Assembly: GCF_018977255.1 (NCBI RefSeq)
Contig: NW_024704742.1
Coordinates: forward strand, 70,744,001 to 70,808,000
DNA length: 64,000 bases
Direction: 5' to 3'
Origin: Callorhinchus milii
Taxonomy: Eukaryota
Made by a program: the position numbers and the translations under genes
In this document: piece after piece, positions 1 to 12,522 of the stretch
Numbering within the stretch: position 1 is the stretch's first letter
Layout of the letters: each line of letters opens with the position of its first letter
The notes under the pieces: model-generated
Told to the model about the DNA's origin: nothing
The model's database searches: none
What the model saw: only the letters and a program-made list of their open reading frames with translations

Positions 1-2489
1 GGTAACCATCTCTAAAAAAGAAAACTTGGCTGCTCAATCCATGACTGTCTGTGGGACACTGTTGTGCGCAATTTGCTGTCGTGTTTCGCCCACAAAATAC
101 AGTCAACCCCCTTTACCGTGTATTCTGTGAAGCGCTTTGGGATGTCCTCCCGACATGAAAAGCGCTATATCAAATTCAAGGATTATTATTATTATTATTA
201 CCGTATATTCTGCGAAGCGCTTTGAGATATCTCAACAACGTGGTAAGGCGCTATATCAAATGCAAAGATTACTATCATTATTTTTATTAAATCTTGCTCC
301 AACCCCCCCACCCAACTCCCCACCAGAAAAATTGTAAACTCTTACCACTTTTAAGAAGCTTATAGGGAAAATGCTTGTTTACACCAGTAAGTCTTTCAGC
401 TGGGTGGATAGACTGTAACAGGATGACATGTATTCTGTTGGCTTTTACTTACACGGAACTAAAAGACACTCCCCCCCCCCCCCCCACCGCCCCCGACACA
501 CTCATCTGAAAGGGGTCAACTGCAGGGAAGTAGTTTTGCAGATGTTATGCAATGCTCAGATGTGGTTTTGCAGATAATAATCCTTGCATTTGATATAGCG
601 CCTCATCACAACAACATGCATTTATATAGCGCCCTCCACCCGGAGCACTTCGCAGTGGGAGAGACGTCTCAGAGCGCTTCACAGAATATATTGTAAAGTG
701 AATTGACTGTATATTTTGTGGGCGAAACGCAGCCGCCAGTGTCCCACAAACAGCTATAGATTGAATAACCAAAATATTCTTTTTTTTAAAAAGGATTTTC
801 ATTGGAAAAGTAATCCGCAAATTGACTAACAACCGGGTTCCTACTTATGCTGGTAAACAGAGGTGTGTGGAGTAAGGCAACTTGCCTAAGGTTTTACCCC
901 ACCCAGGAATCAAACCCAGGTCCTCTCACTTGCGAGCCGAGCGAATTAACCGCTATGCTACAGGACTCCACAAATATTCCGTACTACCCAGGTGTGCCGG
1001 ATAATTGGCACTGCTGTAAATTAGAACTGGATGAGAGCCAGATTTTTTGGAGCTGTTGGGGAGCAAAAAAAAACATTAGGAGAGAGAAGAAAAACTTTTT
1101 ACTTGGGATTAAAAAAATGAGATTGCTGTTTAAATTTTTATTATTATTGATAATATTTTCAACAATTAAGGTCCCATTGCTCTCCCCAAAAGGTGGAATC
1201 AATTTATTTGGAGAGTTGTGAGCCACAGCATCGGGGTGGGGAAGAAACAAATAATAAATCCTGCCACATATAAGAAAAAATCCATCCTTAGGATGAGACG
1301 TTAAATTTGTCTGTGCCTGTTCAGGTGGACATTAAGGAATCCACAATTCTATTGAAAAACAGAAGGGAGTTTCTCTCCTGGTGTCCTGTCGACAATCCCC
1401 CAGATAACGTCACTCACTTAAGGGCTGTTTGCAGGAAGTTGCTGTGTGCAAATTGGCTTCCTGGTTCACCCACAAAATACAGTCACTACACCTTACAGTG
1501 AGATCACGCGAAGTGCTTTGAGGCGTCCTCCCTACAAAAAAGGGCGCAACATCAAATGCAAGAATTATTATTAAAAGCTCAATTTGTTATTGTCTGAGAC
1601 ACAGTACGGGAGTCCTTTGGGGTGACAGTCAGTAATTTGTGAATTCAATTTCATTATATATAATTTTATTATTTAAATTTCATTTATATAATAATAATCC
1701 TTGCATTTGATGTAGTGGCTTATCCTGTCGTCAAGACATCTCAAAGCGCTTCACAGGATATACTGTAAAGTGGAGTGACTGTGTGTATTGTAGGTGAAAC
1801 GCGGCAGCCAGTTTGCACACAGCAGTGTCCTACAAATGGTCATGGAGTGAGTGACCAATTTTATCTGGGTGATTATTGGCCATGGAGAAAGAAACTGGGT
1901 CCTGAACCCAAAACCTTCAGACTCAGAGATGAGAGCGCTACCACTGTACCAGACTGACACTCACACTGAAGGATTGAAGCTGGTGCAACAACTGGACAAG
2001 AGTGTGTGTGTGTGTGGTGGGGGGTGCTCTTCAGTCTTGAAATAAGATGTCTTGCGGGCTTATCGAGTTGTGAACGATTTTAAATGGGATTGAGAAATTA
2101 AACCTAGAACAATACTTACAGCAGAACAAGAGGACACAGGTTCAGGGGGTAATTTCAGGACAGACCCCAGCGAGTATTTCTTTACCCAGTGATGAGAAAT
2201 TAACCATTTTTTAAACAAACTCCTTAATCATCTTCATTCGAAAGTCGTTTTCCTGCATTTCTATTTTTTTAAACAAATACATGTGTAAGGCTTCCAAATT
2301 AAGACTGAGTTTGAAGCCTTTCCACCCAAATGTAAATTTAAGACAATGTTCTTCAGGCTAAGAACTTAAGCGATTCTGCCAGTTTACACCAACCTCAAAC
2401 CTACCCGCTGCTCCGGCCACTGGGAACAAGATTTAGATTTTATTTTACGATAGAGACCAGATATCCGCAGAATATCTTTCCCACCCTCC

Positions 2490-2643
2490 CTCTGTCCTTA
2501 CGTCTGTCTGTTTTCTGTCTGTGTGCCTTTCCCTGTCCATCTGTCTGTGTCTAATTCTCTCTCTCTATCTGTCTGTTTTTATCTCTCACTCTAACTCTGT
2601 CTCTCACCCTATGTCTCTGTGTATCTCCCTCACTTAGTTTCTG

Positions 2644-2680
<37 letters not shown>

Positions 2681-3290
2681 TTCTGTGTGTGTGTCTCTCA
2701 CTCTGTCCTAGTCTCTCTCTCGCTAACTCACATGTTCTCTTTCCGTTTCTCTCTCTGCCTTTCTCTTGTTATGTATCTCTCTGATTCTGTCTCACTGGAT
2801 AACTGTTTCACTGGGTCTCATTCTTCTGTGTCTCTCTCTCCATCTTTCTCTCTTGCTCGCTTTTGTTCTGTCTCGTACAGTTTCTCACTTTCTCTCACTC
2901 TGTATGTGTCTCTCTCACTCTTGCAGTGTGTGTGTGTCTCTCTCTTGCTCTGTGTGTATGTTTGCGTGTGTCTCTCTTTCTCTTACTCTCGCTGTGCGTG
3001 TGTCTCTCTCTCTCTCACACTGTGTATGTATCTTTCATTCTCACTGTGCGTGTGTGTCTCCCTCTGTGTCTCTCTTACTCTTGCTGTGTGTCTCCCACTT
3101 ATTTCCATCTGTCACTCATTTTGTCTGCCTTTCTCACTGTCTGTCTCCATCTCTCACACTCTGTGTATGTATCTCTCACGCTGTTTGTGTGTGTCTCTCT
3201 CTTTCTCGATCTCTCTCACTCTGTCTCTTTCTCTCACTCTGTCTCTTTCCCTCACTGTCTGTCTCACTGTCTCTCTCTGTTCTCTGTCTC
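2490..3290. repeat. (TC/TG)-rich low-complexity tract
   Basis: Degenerate ctct/gtgt repeats; the source of the spurious 150-212 aa ORFs. Confidence 0.95.
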
Positions 3291-3690
3291 CCAGCAATGC
3301 TCAGACCCGCTGAGCTCTGGCTGTTGACATCCAAGTGAGAGGTCACGGGCTGCCTTGTATTCTGGCCAGACTCCCATTTATTAACCGAGGGGTAATTTAG
3401 CACAACACAGCACGTCGCCGCACACATGTGCAATGCCTGATGTCAGCTCGGTGACTCTGGGAGGCAGGAGGCAATAATAAACAAATACCTGGGGAGAGAC
3501 AGTCACATGGAGAGTAATGAGCACCTGAAATAGTACAGAATGAGTAACGATCAGTGAGACAGGCAGCAGCCCAGCTCATGCCACACCTGGGAGGGAGAGA
3601 GCTGAACAGGCAAAATAACAAGAAGAACAGGAGTTATTCCAGGCCAGATAATTACCCGGCCAACAACAATACCAAATTACATTTATGTAG

Positions 3691-4056
3691 GGAGTCCCTT
3701 AGCGTAGTGGTTAGCGCGCTCGCCTCGCAAACGAGAGGACGCGAGTTTGATTCCCGGGTAGGGCGAAAAATTAGTCAAGTTTTATTACTCCACACGCCTC
3801 TGTTTACCTAGCAGTAAGTAGGAACCCGGTTGTTAGTCGATTAGCGGATCACTTTCCGGGGGGGTATTAAACCCTTCAAAAATATAAATAATAATAGTGT
3901 GGTCACTCAATCCACAACTGTTTGTGAGACACGGCTGTGTGCAATTGGCTGCCGCATTTCACCCACAAAATATACAAACAATTCACTTTGCAATGTATTC
4001 TGTGAAGCGCTTTGAGATGTTTCAACGATGTGGTATGGCACTACCTTAAATGCAAG
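3691..4056 (+). mobile_element. tRNA-derived SINE family A, near full-length; dozens of copies or fragments in the window (e.g. 6223-6590 -, 19829-20211 -, 22093-22441 -, 37531-37933 +, 45330-45668 +)
   Basis: tRNA-like head with A-box (TAGCGTAGTGG), CTCGCAA loop and B-box (GTTTGATTCC). Conserved body ggcaagtttccttactccacacgcctctgttt. L2-like 3' end; other copies end in (TTA)n. Confidence 0.85.
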
Positions 4057-5054
4057 CGTACAGCAAATGCTGACATTGACCTGGGAGTGTTGGCAGACAA
4101 TGTAGAGGGAGCTTTACTCTGTCTCTAACCCATGCTGTCGCTGACCTGGGAGTGCTAAACTGAGTGCAAAGCTGTGGAATTACAATGGAATCTGTTCTCT
4201 AGCATTACTGTAACATCCATCACCTCATCCACAAGTGTTCAGAGTTTAGATGCAAAAAAACCACAAGTGATTCACCCGTATTACACACTACAAAAGCACA
4301 AGCCCATTTTTGTTTCAGAATGATTTCACTCGGAATCACTGCAAAAGAACAACAACAATTTGCATTGATATAGCACCCATCACGTAGGGTAGCGTCCCAG
4401 AGCGCTTGACAGTGGCAGAGCACAACGCCAAGCCGTAGGGAAGGGAGGATTGCTGGCACAGTCAAAAAGGAAGGTCTTCAGGCGTGATCTGAAGATGGGG
4501 AAGGAGGGGGCAAGGCAGAGGGGCATAGTGGCTGAAAGTGCTGCCACTGACGGTGGAACGGATTGTCTTCCTGAGGGGAGAGAGAGATAAAGGTTTATGA
4601 GATCCTATAGCATAGTGGTTAGAATTCTCGCCTTGCAAGCAAGAGGACCCAGGTTTGATTCCCGGGCGGGGCAAAACCTTAGGCAAGTTTCATGGTTTCA
4701 TAATTTTACTGAAAATTTTAGGGATTTCATGAAATCCCTGGTTTCAGAACTTCACTGTAATATATTCTGTATATTGAAACCCTAACTCCATATAGTTTTG
4801 ATATGGAAATGGGGGAACGCTGGCTGAAAACAGGGCAACATTTACATACTTACTATTTTTGTGTATTATATTCAAACAAGCTCAGCCATGTGTTTTCATT
4901 AAGATACTACTTAGTGTGTGTTTGTTTTGAATTGTATATTATATATATTTTTATAACTCTGCAATTCTGCTGAAGCTGTTTTGCAATCTCTTTTGGGGAT
5001 AATTGGCTGTGTGCTTTTCCCTCCCAGTTTCCTGTCTCATATTGCATCGAAGAA

Positions 5055-5203
5055 TGAGAGATTGAGAAGGGGATGATAAAAAGAGAGAGGGAAAGAAAGG
5101 GGAGAGAGAGAAAGTGAGAAGGGAGGGGGAGAGTGAGAGAAAAAAGAGAGAGGGGAGGGAGAGAAAAGAGTGAAGGGGGAGAGAGAGAGAGGTGCTGGGG
5201 AGT

Positions 5204-5240
<37 letters not shown>

Positions 5241-5510
5241 AAAGAAAGAAAGAAGGAAAGAGAGAGGGAGGGAGGGAGGGAGGGAGAGGGGGCAGACAAT
5301 AATAATGAGAGGTAGCGAGAGAAAGAAAAAGAGGAAAGAGAGAGGGGAGAGAGAGAGAGAGAGAGAGAGAGAAAGAAAAAGGGGGGAAAGAGAAAGAGGG
5401 GGAAAAGAGAACGAGAGAAAGAAAAAGAGGAAAGAGAGAGAGAGAGAGAAAGAGTGGGGAAACAGATTGATGGTGTGCGGATAAATAGTGGAGAGAGAGA
5501 GAGAGAGAGA
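5055..5510. repeat. (GA)-rich purine tract
   Basis: gaga/gaaa/ggga repeats. Confidence 0.95.
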
Positions 5511-8500
5511 GGATCGAGTAGTTGGTTATTCTCACTGGTGTCTGGAGCTATCAGTAGAGCTATATATAATGCAATGATTATCAGACATATCCTGCAGTTA
5601 CACTCACTCTCTCACCAACCACCAGTGTTTAAATACACAGTACATTTAAACACTGCAGATGAGGTTTGTAACAGAATGTTGCTTTACTATGTTAGCAATA
5701 ATTTTGAGATTTTCAAACACATTTTGCCTTATCATTTTTCACAATCACAATTTTTTTAAAAAAAATGCGTTTAAACTTTTTTTTCCCCACAAGGTTTTAT
5801 TGAATTCGAATTAATCTAAGGCTTTGCAACTCTGACTTAGAGGTGTGTTTTGTTGTTTGAAGTCAGTTTGAGTGAGAATTATGGAGAATTATATGTGAAT
5901 TGTATACATTTTAAGCATGTTACCTATATTATAACATCGCTGAGTTTATAATCGATAATCTACACTTGTGTATATTTTTGTGGCTTTTTTAAATTGGATC
6001 TGCGATATAAACGCCTTATCTACTTATATATATTACAATTGTTGGTGTATTAAAATCTCAAGTCCAATAAGTTAAAGCTTTAACACAACAAATCGAAATC
6101 TAATCAACCGTCTTATTTATTTATCTTTTCACTGATAATTATGTGATCGTTACTTATAACAATGATACTCAATAATATTAATAAATACTAATCAATTCTG
6201 ATTACCACAATTTTGCCACATAATAATAATAATCCTTGCATTTGATACAGGACCTTATCACGTCTTCAAGACGTCGCAAAGCACTTCACAGAATATACTG
6301 TAAAGTAAATTGTATATTTTGTGGGTGAAACAAGGCAGCCAATTGCACACAGCAGTGTCCCACAAACAGTCATGGACTGAAGTGATCAATTTATTATTAT
6401 TGTTTTTTTGAAGGAATTATTACCCCCGGGAAAGCAATCCGCCAATCGACCAACAACTGAGTTTCTACTTACTGCTAGGTAAACAGAGGTGTGTGGAGTA
6501 AAGAAACTTGCCCAACATTTCGCCCAGCCTGGGAATCAAACCCAGGTTTCGATTGCGAGGCGAATGCTCTAACTACTGAGCTACAGGACTCAATACATAG
6601 TCAATTCACATTACAGTATATTCTGTGAAGCGCTTTGAGATGTCTTGAAAACATAATAAGGTACTATATCAAATGCAAGAATTATTATTATTATTTAGAA
6701 TTTTGCATGTTGGCAGATATGTAAAATTATGTAAAATGATCTAAGGTTACATTCGCTGAAGTATTTTTAAATTAATACAGTTTGATAATATCTCAGCTTG
6801 GTTTTATGTGTGCATCTATTTTTTCTTTGCACCTTATAACAAGATAAATCTTCCCCACATTCACTCACTGACACACAAACACACACACACAACAGTTCCA
6901 GCATTGTTGTAATGAAGAAAATTAAATTTAATAATAATAATATTCCTTGCATTTGATATAGCGCCTTATCACATTGTTCAGTCATCTTAAAGCACTTCAC
7001 AGAATACATTGTAAAGTGAATTGACCGTGTATTTTGTGGGTGAAATTTTATTTCTAAATTTCAAAACAAAAGAAAGCAATTTTTTTATTATTAAAATCAA
7101 TGACATTAATTCACAAAGCTCCCCCTTTGCATGTTCTCTTTACTCTTGTGAGATAATAAATAGCTATTTATTCATTTTAAGTTACTTTAATTTAACAAAC
7201 ATAAAACATAATTTTTTTGACAGCTACATTGCAATGATAATATAATAATAATCCTTGCATTTGATATAGCACCTTATTGTGTCTTTGAGATATCTCAAAG
7301 CACTTCACAGGATATATTGTAAAGTGAATTGACTATATTTTGTGGGCGAAAAGCAGCAAAAACTTTGAGGTTAATTTCTGACTCTGCAATGCTTCTAAAC
7401 CCTTCATTACTGAAATTTGCTTATTCTCACAGTTTGATTGCTAAAAAAATTAAAGAAAATTTTTGCATTTTAGCCAAATGCAAAATTAAAATATTTCCAG
7501 GCCACAGGTAATTTATCCACAGCTCAGTTTGAACTGACATTGGTGCAGTATTTACACCCAGATTGTGAATTCAAGCAGCATGAAATCACTCTATGATTCA
7601 CTGTGAAATCACTATTCAGGGCTCATCATCACACAGAATTGTGGAAAATCCTGAAATTATTTTGAAATCGTTTTAAAAGAGTGTGTCAGCCTGGCTCAGT
7701 TGGTAGCACTCTCGTCTCTGAGTCAGAAGGTTGTGGACTCTGAGCTCACACAGTTTAAGATGACACTGCAATGCAGTTCTGAGGGGGTGTTGCCCTTGAA
7801 TGAGAAGTCCCGTCTGCCTGTTCAGGTGGATGTTAGAGATCCCATAGCACGATTCGAAAAGAGAAAGGAGTTTGTCTCTCCTGTTGACCAACAATCCCCC
7901 AAATAAAATTGGTCACTCACTCCATGACTGTTTGCAGGAAACTGCTGTGTGCAAACTGGCTGCCATGTACGCCTACAAAATACAGTCACTACATTTATAT
8001 TTTTTATATTTTTCGCACACAAAATATACAGTCAATTCACTTTACGAGATATTCTATGAAGTCCTTTGAGATGTTTCAACGATGTGATAAGACTCTATAT
8101 CAAATACAAGGATTATTATTATTATTTACAGTAAATCTTGTGAAGCGCTTTAAGACATCCTCCCTCCTGATGTGAAAGGCACTGTATTATTGTTGTTGTT
8201 GTAAATCCAAATTGTTGTATCAAATGTAAAGATTCTTATTAAAGAAAACTGGCACCCAAAATGTAAGTATCAAATGTACGGATCATTATAAAGATTATCA
8301 ATTCCTGTGATGCCTGGAGCCATTATCTAATTTCCTTCTTAAAAAAATATAATTTTTACATTTGATACATTGCCTTTCATGTCAGAAAGATGTCCCAATG
8401 TGCTTCAGAATATACAGTAAACTCCTGATAGCTCATCACTCCCAAGGGAATAGGGCTTAGTGACGACTGATCAGGAGTGGGGAGTTAGGCATATGTATGT

Positions 8501-8616
8501 ATCAATGAATCAATGAATCAATCAATAAATAAACAAACAAACAAACAAACAAATCCATGCATGCATGCGGCCAGGATATTGACAGCCTGATGACTTAAGT
8601 GGCTGTGACAAGTTAA

Positions 8617-10687
8617 TAAGACAATCTTGGAGGCCAAAGGACAACCCCAGGCTCCTCTTCTCCATCACCAACTGGCTCCTCCGCCCACTCTCTCACGCGT
8701 TGCCCATCCTCACCTCCAAGTCCAACTGCGAAGCGATGCTGGACTTCCTCGAATCCAAACTCGAGGATCCGTTCAGCTACCTCTGCTCTTCCGTCTACTA
8801 CACCCTCCCCATCTCCCCCTCATATCCCGGCCCCTACCCATCCCTCCCTCCACACCTTCGAACCTGTCTCCCACTCCTCTCTCACCACCACTACAACCCG
8901 CATGAAACCGACCACCTTCTCCCTCGACTCCATCCCTACCCCTCTCCTTACCTCCAAGCTCCACCTCCTTGCCCCTCTACTCACAGATATCATAAACCTA
9001 TCCGTGTCCGTTGGTACCATTCCCATTTTTTTAAAAACAGCCGCCATCACTCCTATACTTAAAAAACCCTCCCTTGACCCATCGCTGCTCTCAAAGTACC
9101 GCCCCATCTCCAACCTCCCTTTCCTTTCCAAGGTCCTGGAATGAGTTGTTGCTTCCCAGCTTCACTCCTTCTTCTCCCGCCACTCCCTTCATGAACCCCT
9201 CCAATCGGGTTTCCGTGCTGTCCACAGCACAGAAATAGCCCTGGTCAAAGTGACAAATGACATTCATAGAATCATAGAATCGTACAGCACAAAAAGTGGC
9301 CATTGGGCCCATCGAGTCTGTGCCGGCTCTTTGAAAAGACCTATGTAATGTCAATCCCACTCCCCAACCCTTTCTCCATAACCCTGCAAACCCATCCTCC
9401 TCAAACACCCATCTACCGCATTTTTAAAAGTTGTGTCCATCTGCGATCAGGGCTCCCTCTGCCTCCTCGTCCTCCTTGACCTCTCTGGTGCCTTCGACAC
9501 CGTTGACCACTCCATCCTCATCCATCGCCTCTCCTCTCACCTCAACCTTCACGGCTCTCTCCTTGACTGGTTCAGATTGTACCTCTCACATTGCCTACAT
9601 TTCATCTCCACAAACGGTTTCTCCTCTAACCCCCGCACCGTCACATGCGGCGTTCCTCAGGGCTCTGTCCTTGGTCCCTTCCTCTTCAATATCTATATGC
9701 TGCCTCTTGGTGACATCATCCGCAGACACGGGGTCAACTTCCACATGTATGCGGATGACACCCAACTCTACCTCTCACCTCTACCCTCGACTCCAGGACT
9801 ACTGCTGTCCTAACAGAATGTCTGTCAGACATCAAGTCCTGGATGAGAGCTAACTTTTTTCAGTTGAAAATCAACAAGATCAATCCCCTCCTCACCTCAG
9901 GCACTGACAGCATCACCATCCATGGTTGCACACTCCACCTTGCTAAGCCAGTATGGAACCTTGGCGTCTTCTTTGATCCTCAACATCCTTTCTACCCCAC
10001 ATTTGTGCCATGACCTGCTCTGGCTTCCCCCATCTCCGCAACATCGCCCAGCTCCGCCACTGTCTCACACGGCAGGCCACCAAAACCCTCATATACAACT
10101 TCATTACATCGAAGCTTGACTATGCAAACTCATTGCTTGTCGGCCTCTCCAATTCCTCCCTCCGTAGGCTGCAGATCATCCAGAACTCTGCAGCCTGTGT
10201 CCTCTCCTGCACCAGGCTCCGTAACCCTATCGTTCCCATTCGCACCCAACTCCATTGGCTTCCCATCACACAGAGGATACAGTTCAAGATCCTGGTCCTC
10301 CTCACCTTCAAAGCTCTCTATGGTCTTGTTACCCACTACCTCTGCGATCTCCTAACCTCCTACCATCCTGCCCGCTCCCTCCACTCAGCGGGCTCCGGCC
10401 TGCTTCACGTCCCCCCCCGCCTTCTGCCACTTTGCCCCCAACCTCGGAAACTCCATCCCACAGTCCCTCCGCCTCGCCCCCTCCCTTGCCTCCTTCAAGA
10501 CCCATCCCAAGACCCTATTCTTCGACATTGCTTTCAATCACCTTCCTCCATTCTTCAATCACCTTCCTCCCCTGTCCTCCATTCTCTCCAATCCCGACTC
10601 ACAGCTTGGGTCCGAAACTCTGATTATCCAGTGCCTTGGGACGTCTGCCTGACGTGAAAGGCGCTATATAAATGTAATTTTGTTGTT
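8617..10687 (+). mobile_element. 5'-truncated, decayed L2-clade (CR1/L2 group) LINE with reverse transcriptase region and (TTG)n tail
   Basis: ORF fragments KPTTFSLDSIPT...YRPISNLPFLSKVLE, LLDLSGAFDTVDH, GVPQGSVLGP, HMYADDTQLY, KLDYANSLL, LHWLP. Frameshifts and stops present; 3' end aaaggcgctatataaatgt...ttgttgtt. Confidence 0.92.
9265..9433 (-). mobile_element. CR1 LINE 3'-end fragment inserted antisense in the L2 RT
   Basis: catagaatcatagaat is the reverse complement of the CR1 (ATTCTATG)n tail. It interrupts the L2 frame between KVTNDI and SICDQG. Confidence 0.8.
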
Positions 10688-11232
10688 GTTAAGCCAGGGT
10701 CAAGTTAACAGGAGTTTACTGTATGTGCATATCAATCAGTTTGTGTACAGCAACATCCCACAAACAGCCACAAAGCGAATATCTGATTTTACCTAACCTG
10801 GATAAAATCAATTATTATATAGTGATAATCCTTGCCTTTTCACATCGTCAAGATGCCTCAAAATGCTTCTCAGAATATTTAGAAAATGGATTGACTGTTT
10901 TTGTGGACGAAACACATCAACCAATTGCGCATAGCAATGACCTACATGCAGTTGAGTGACCACATTTTTTTAGAGCGATTACTACCTCCAGAAAATGACT
11001 AACAACCGAGTTCCTACCTACTGCTACGTAAACAGAGGAGTGCGGAGTAAGGAAACTTGCCTGAGGTCTTGCCCCACCTGGGAATGGAACACAGGTCATC
11101 TTGCTTGCGAGGCGAGTACGCTAATCACTACCCAACAGGACTCCACAATATAGAAATGTAACGGGAACTGGAATATCGGAAATTAAGAATTTAGCAACTT
11201 TGGAAAGAAGGAATACAAAATGCAAGAATTCG

Positions 11233-11628
11233 GTGTCAGTCTGGCTCATTGGTAGCATTCTCACCTCTGAGTCAGAAGGTTGTGAGCTCAGGCCCAAGGT
11301 TTGAATACACACAGTCTTGGCTGAGATGCCAGTGCAATGCTGGGAGAGCTCTGCATTGTCAGATGAGCCGTCATTCAGATGAGATGTTAAACCGAGTGTT
11401 TGGGTGGATGTTAAAGAGCCTGCAGTGCTATTGGAAAAGAGAAAGGAGTTTCTTTCTCCCAGTGTCCTGGCCAACAATCCCCCAGATAAAATTGCTCACT
11501 TACTTCATGGCTGTTTGTGGGACATTTGTGCATAAATTGGCTGCTGGCTTCACAGTATATCTTGTGAAAGACTTTGAGACGTCCTCCCGACATGAATAAG
11601 ATGCAGCAAGCACAAGGATTATTATTAT
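11233..11628 (+). mobile_element. Deu-domain tRNA SINE family B; other copies e.g. 7684-7995 +, 25071-25500 -, 31031-31448 +
   Basis: Head agcctggctcagtggtagcact...gagtcagaaggttgtg. Central gatgagacgttaaaccgagg...ttaaagatcccatggcact...ggtgtcctggccaacaatcc resembles the Deu domain of the AmnSINE1/SacSINE1/LF-SINE group. Shares its 3' tail with family A. Confidence 0.75.
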
Positions 11629-12332
11629 AGAGAAACTATTATTATTATAGGAAATCAAGAATTTAGGCCTACAGGAAAATACAGAGATTTAAGGAGAGAA
11701 GAGAAAGAGGAGAGTGGGAGATAGAGATGAAAGTGGATTAAAAGAAACAGACACACATATGATGTACGTGTGTAAGGCATATTTATATACGCTGTGTATA
11801 TAAGGTGTGCATCTGGGGGATTGTTGGCCAGGGCAAGAACTCTGCGACACTACCTCGGATGATGGGTGCTATATAAATGCAAGTTGTTGTTGTATATACT
11901 GTGTGTATATACGGAGTATATATACGGTGTATATACAGTGTGTATATACTGGGTGTATACGGTGTGTATATACTGTGTGTGTATATGGGGTGTATATACA
12001 GTGTGTATATATGGTGTGTATACGGTGTGTGCATACAGTGTTTTTATATACAGTGCGTATAGATATGCAGAGAACCTGAGGCAGCAGCAGACAAGGAAAG
12101 AAAATACACAGAAAATAGCTCAGCCCAAGAGTCCACAAGAGATCAATTCAGCGAAATGGAGTGAGAATGAGGCAAGGAGCCGGGGAACACACACGCACAA
12201 CCACATACACACATGACCACACACAATCACACACACACAACCACACACAATCACACACACACAATCACACACACACACACACACACAAAACCACACACGT
12301 CAGAAAGACATCTCAGTGTGCTTCAGAATATA

Positions 12333-12522
12333 CAGTAAACTCCTGATAACACATCACTCCCAAGGGAAAATGGCTCAGTGACAAGTTATCAGGAGTAAGG
12401 AGTTATGCATATGTAAAAATACATAAATAAATGTGGCTAGGATATTAACAGCGTGTTGACTTAAGTGGCTGTGACAAGTTAAGCCAGGATCGAGTTAACC
12501 GGAGTTTACTTATTGGGAACTG
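12333..12522. mobile_element. Uninterrupted copy of the same Tigger-like MITE (~190 bp)
   Basis: TA-CAGTAAACTCCTG...CCGGAGTTTACT. Internal sequence aligns with 8415-8616 joined to 10688-10721. Confidence 0.8.

Larger units (their letters stand above)
8415..10721. mobile_element. Tc1/mariner-pogo (Tigger-like) MITE, split by the L2 insertion
   Basis: Perfect 13-bp TIR CAGTAAACTCCTG (8415-27) / CAGGAGTTTACTG (10709-21), with TA on both sides. Confidence 0.85.

Noticed and set aside
2675..3338. ORFs of 154-212 aa rich in S/L/C/V
   Set aside because: Translations of a TC/TG microsatellite.
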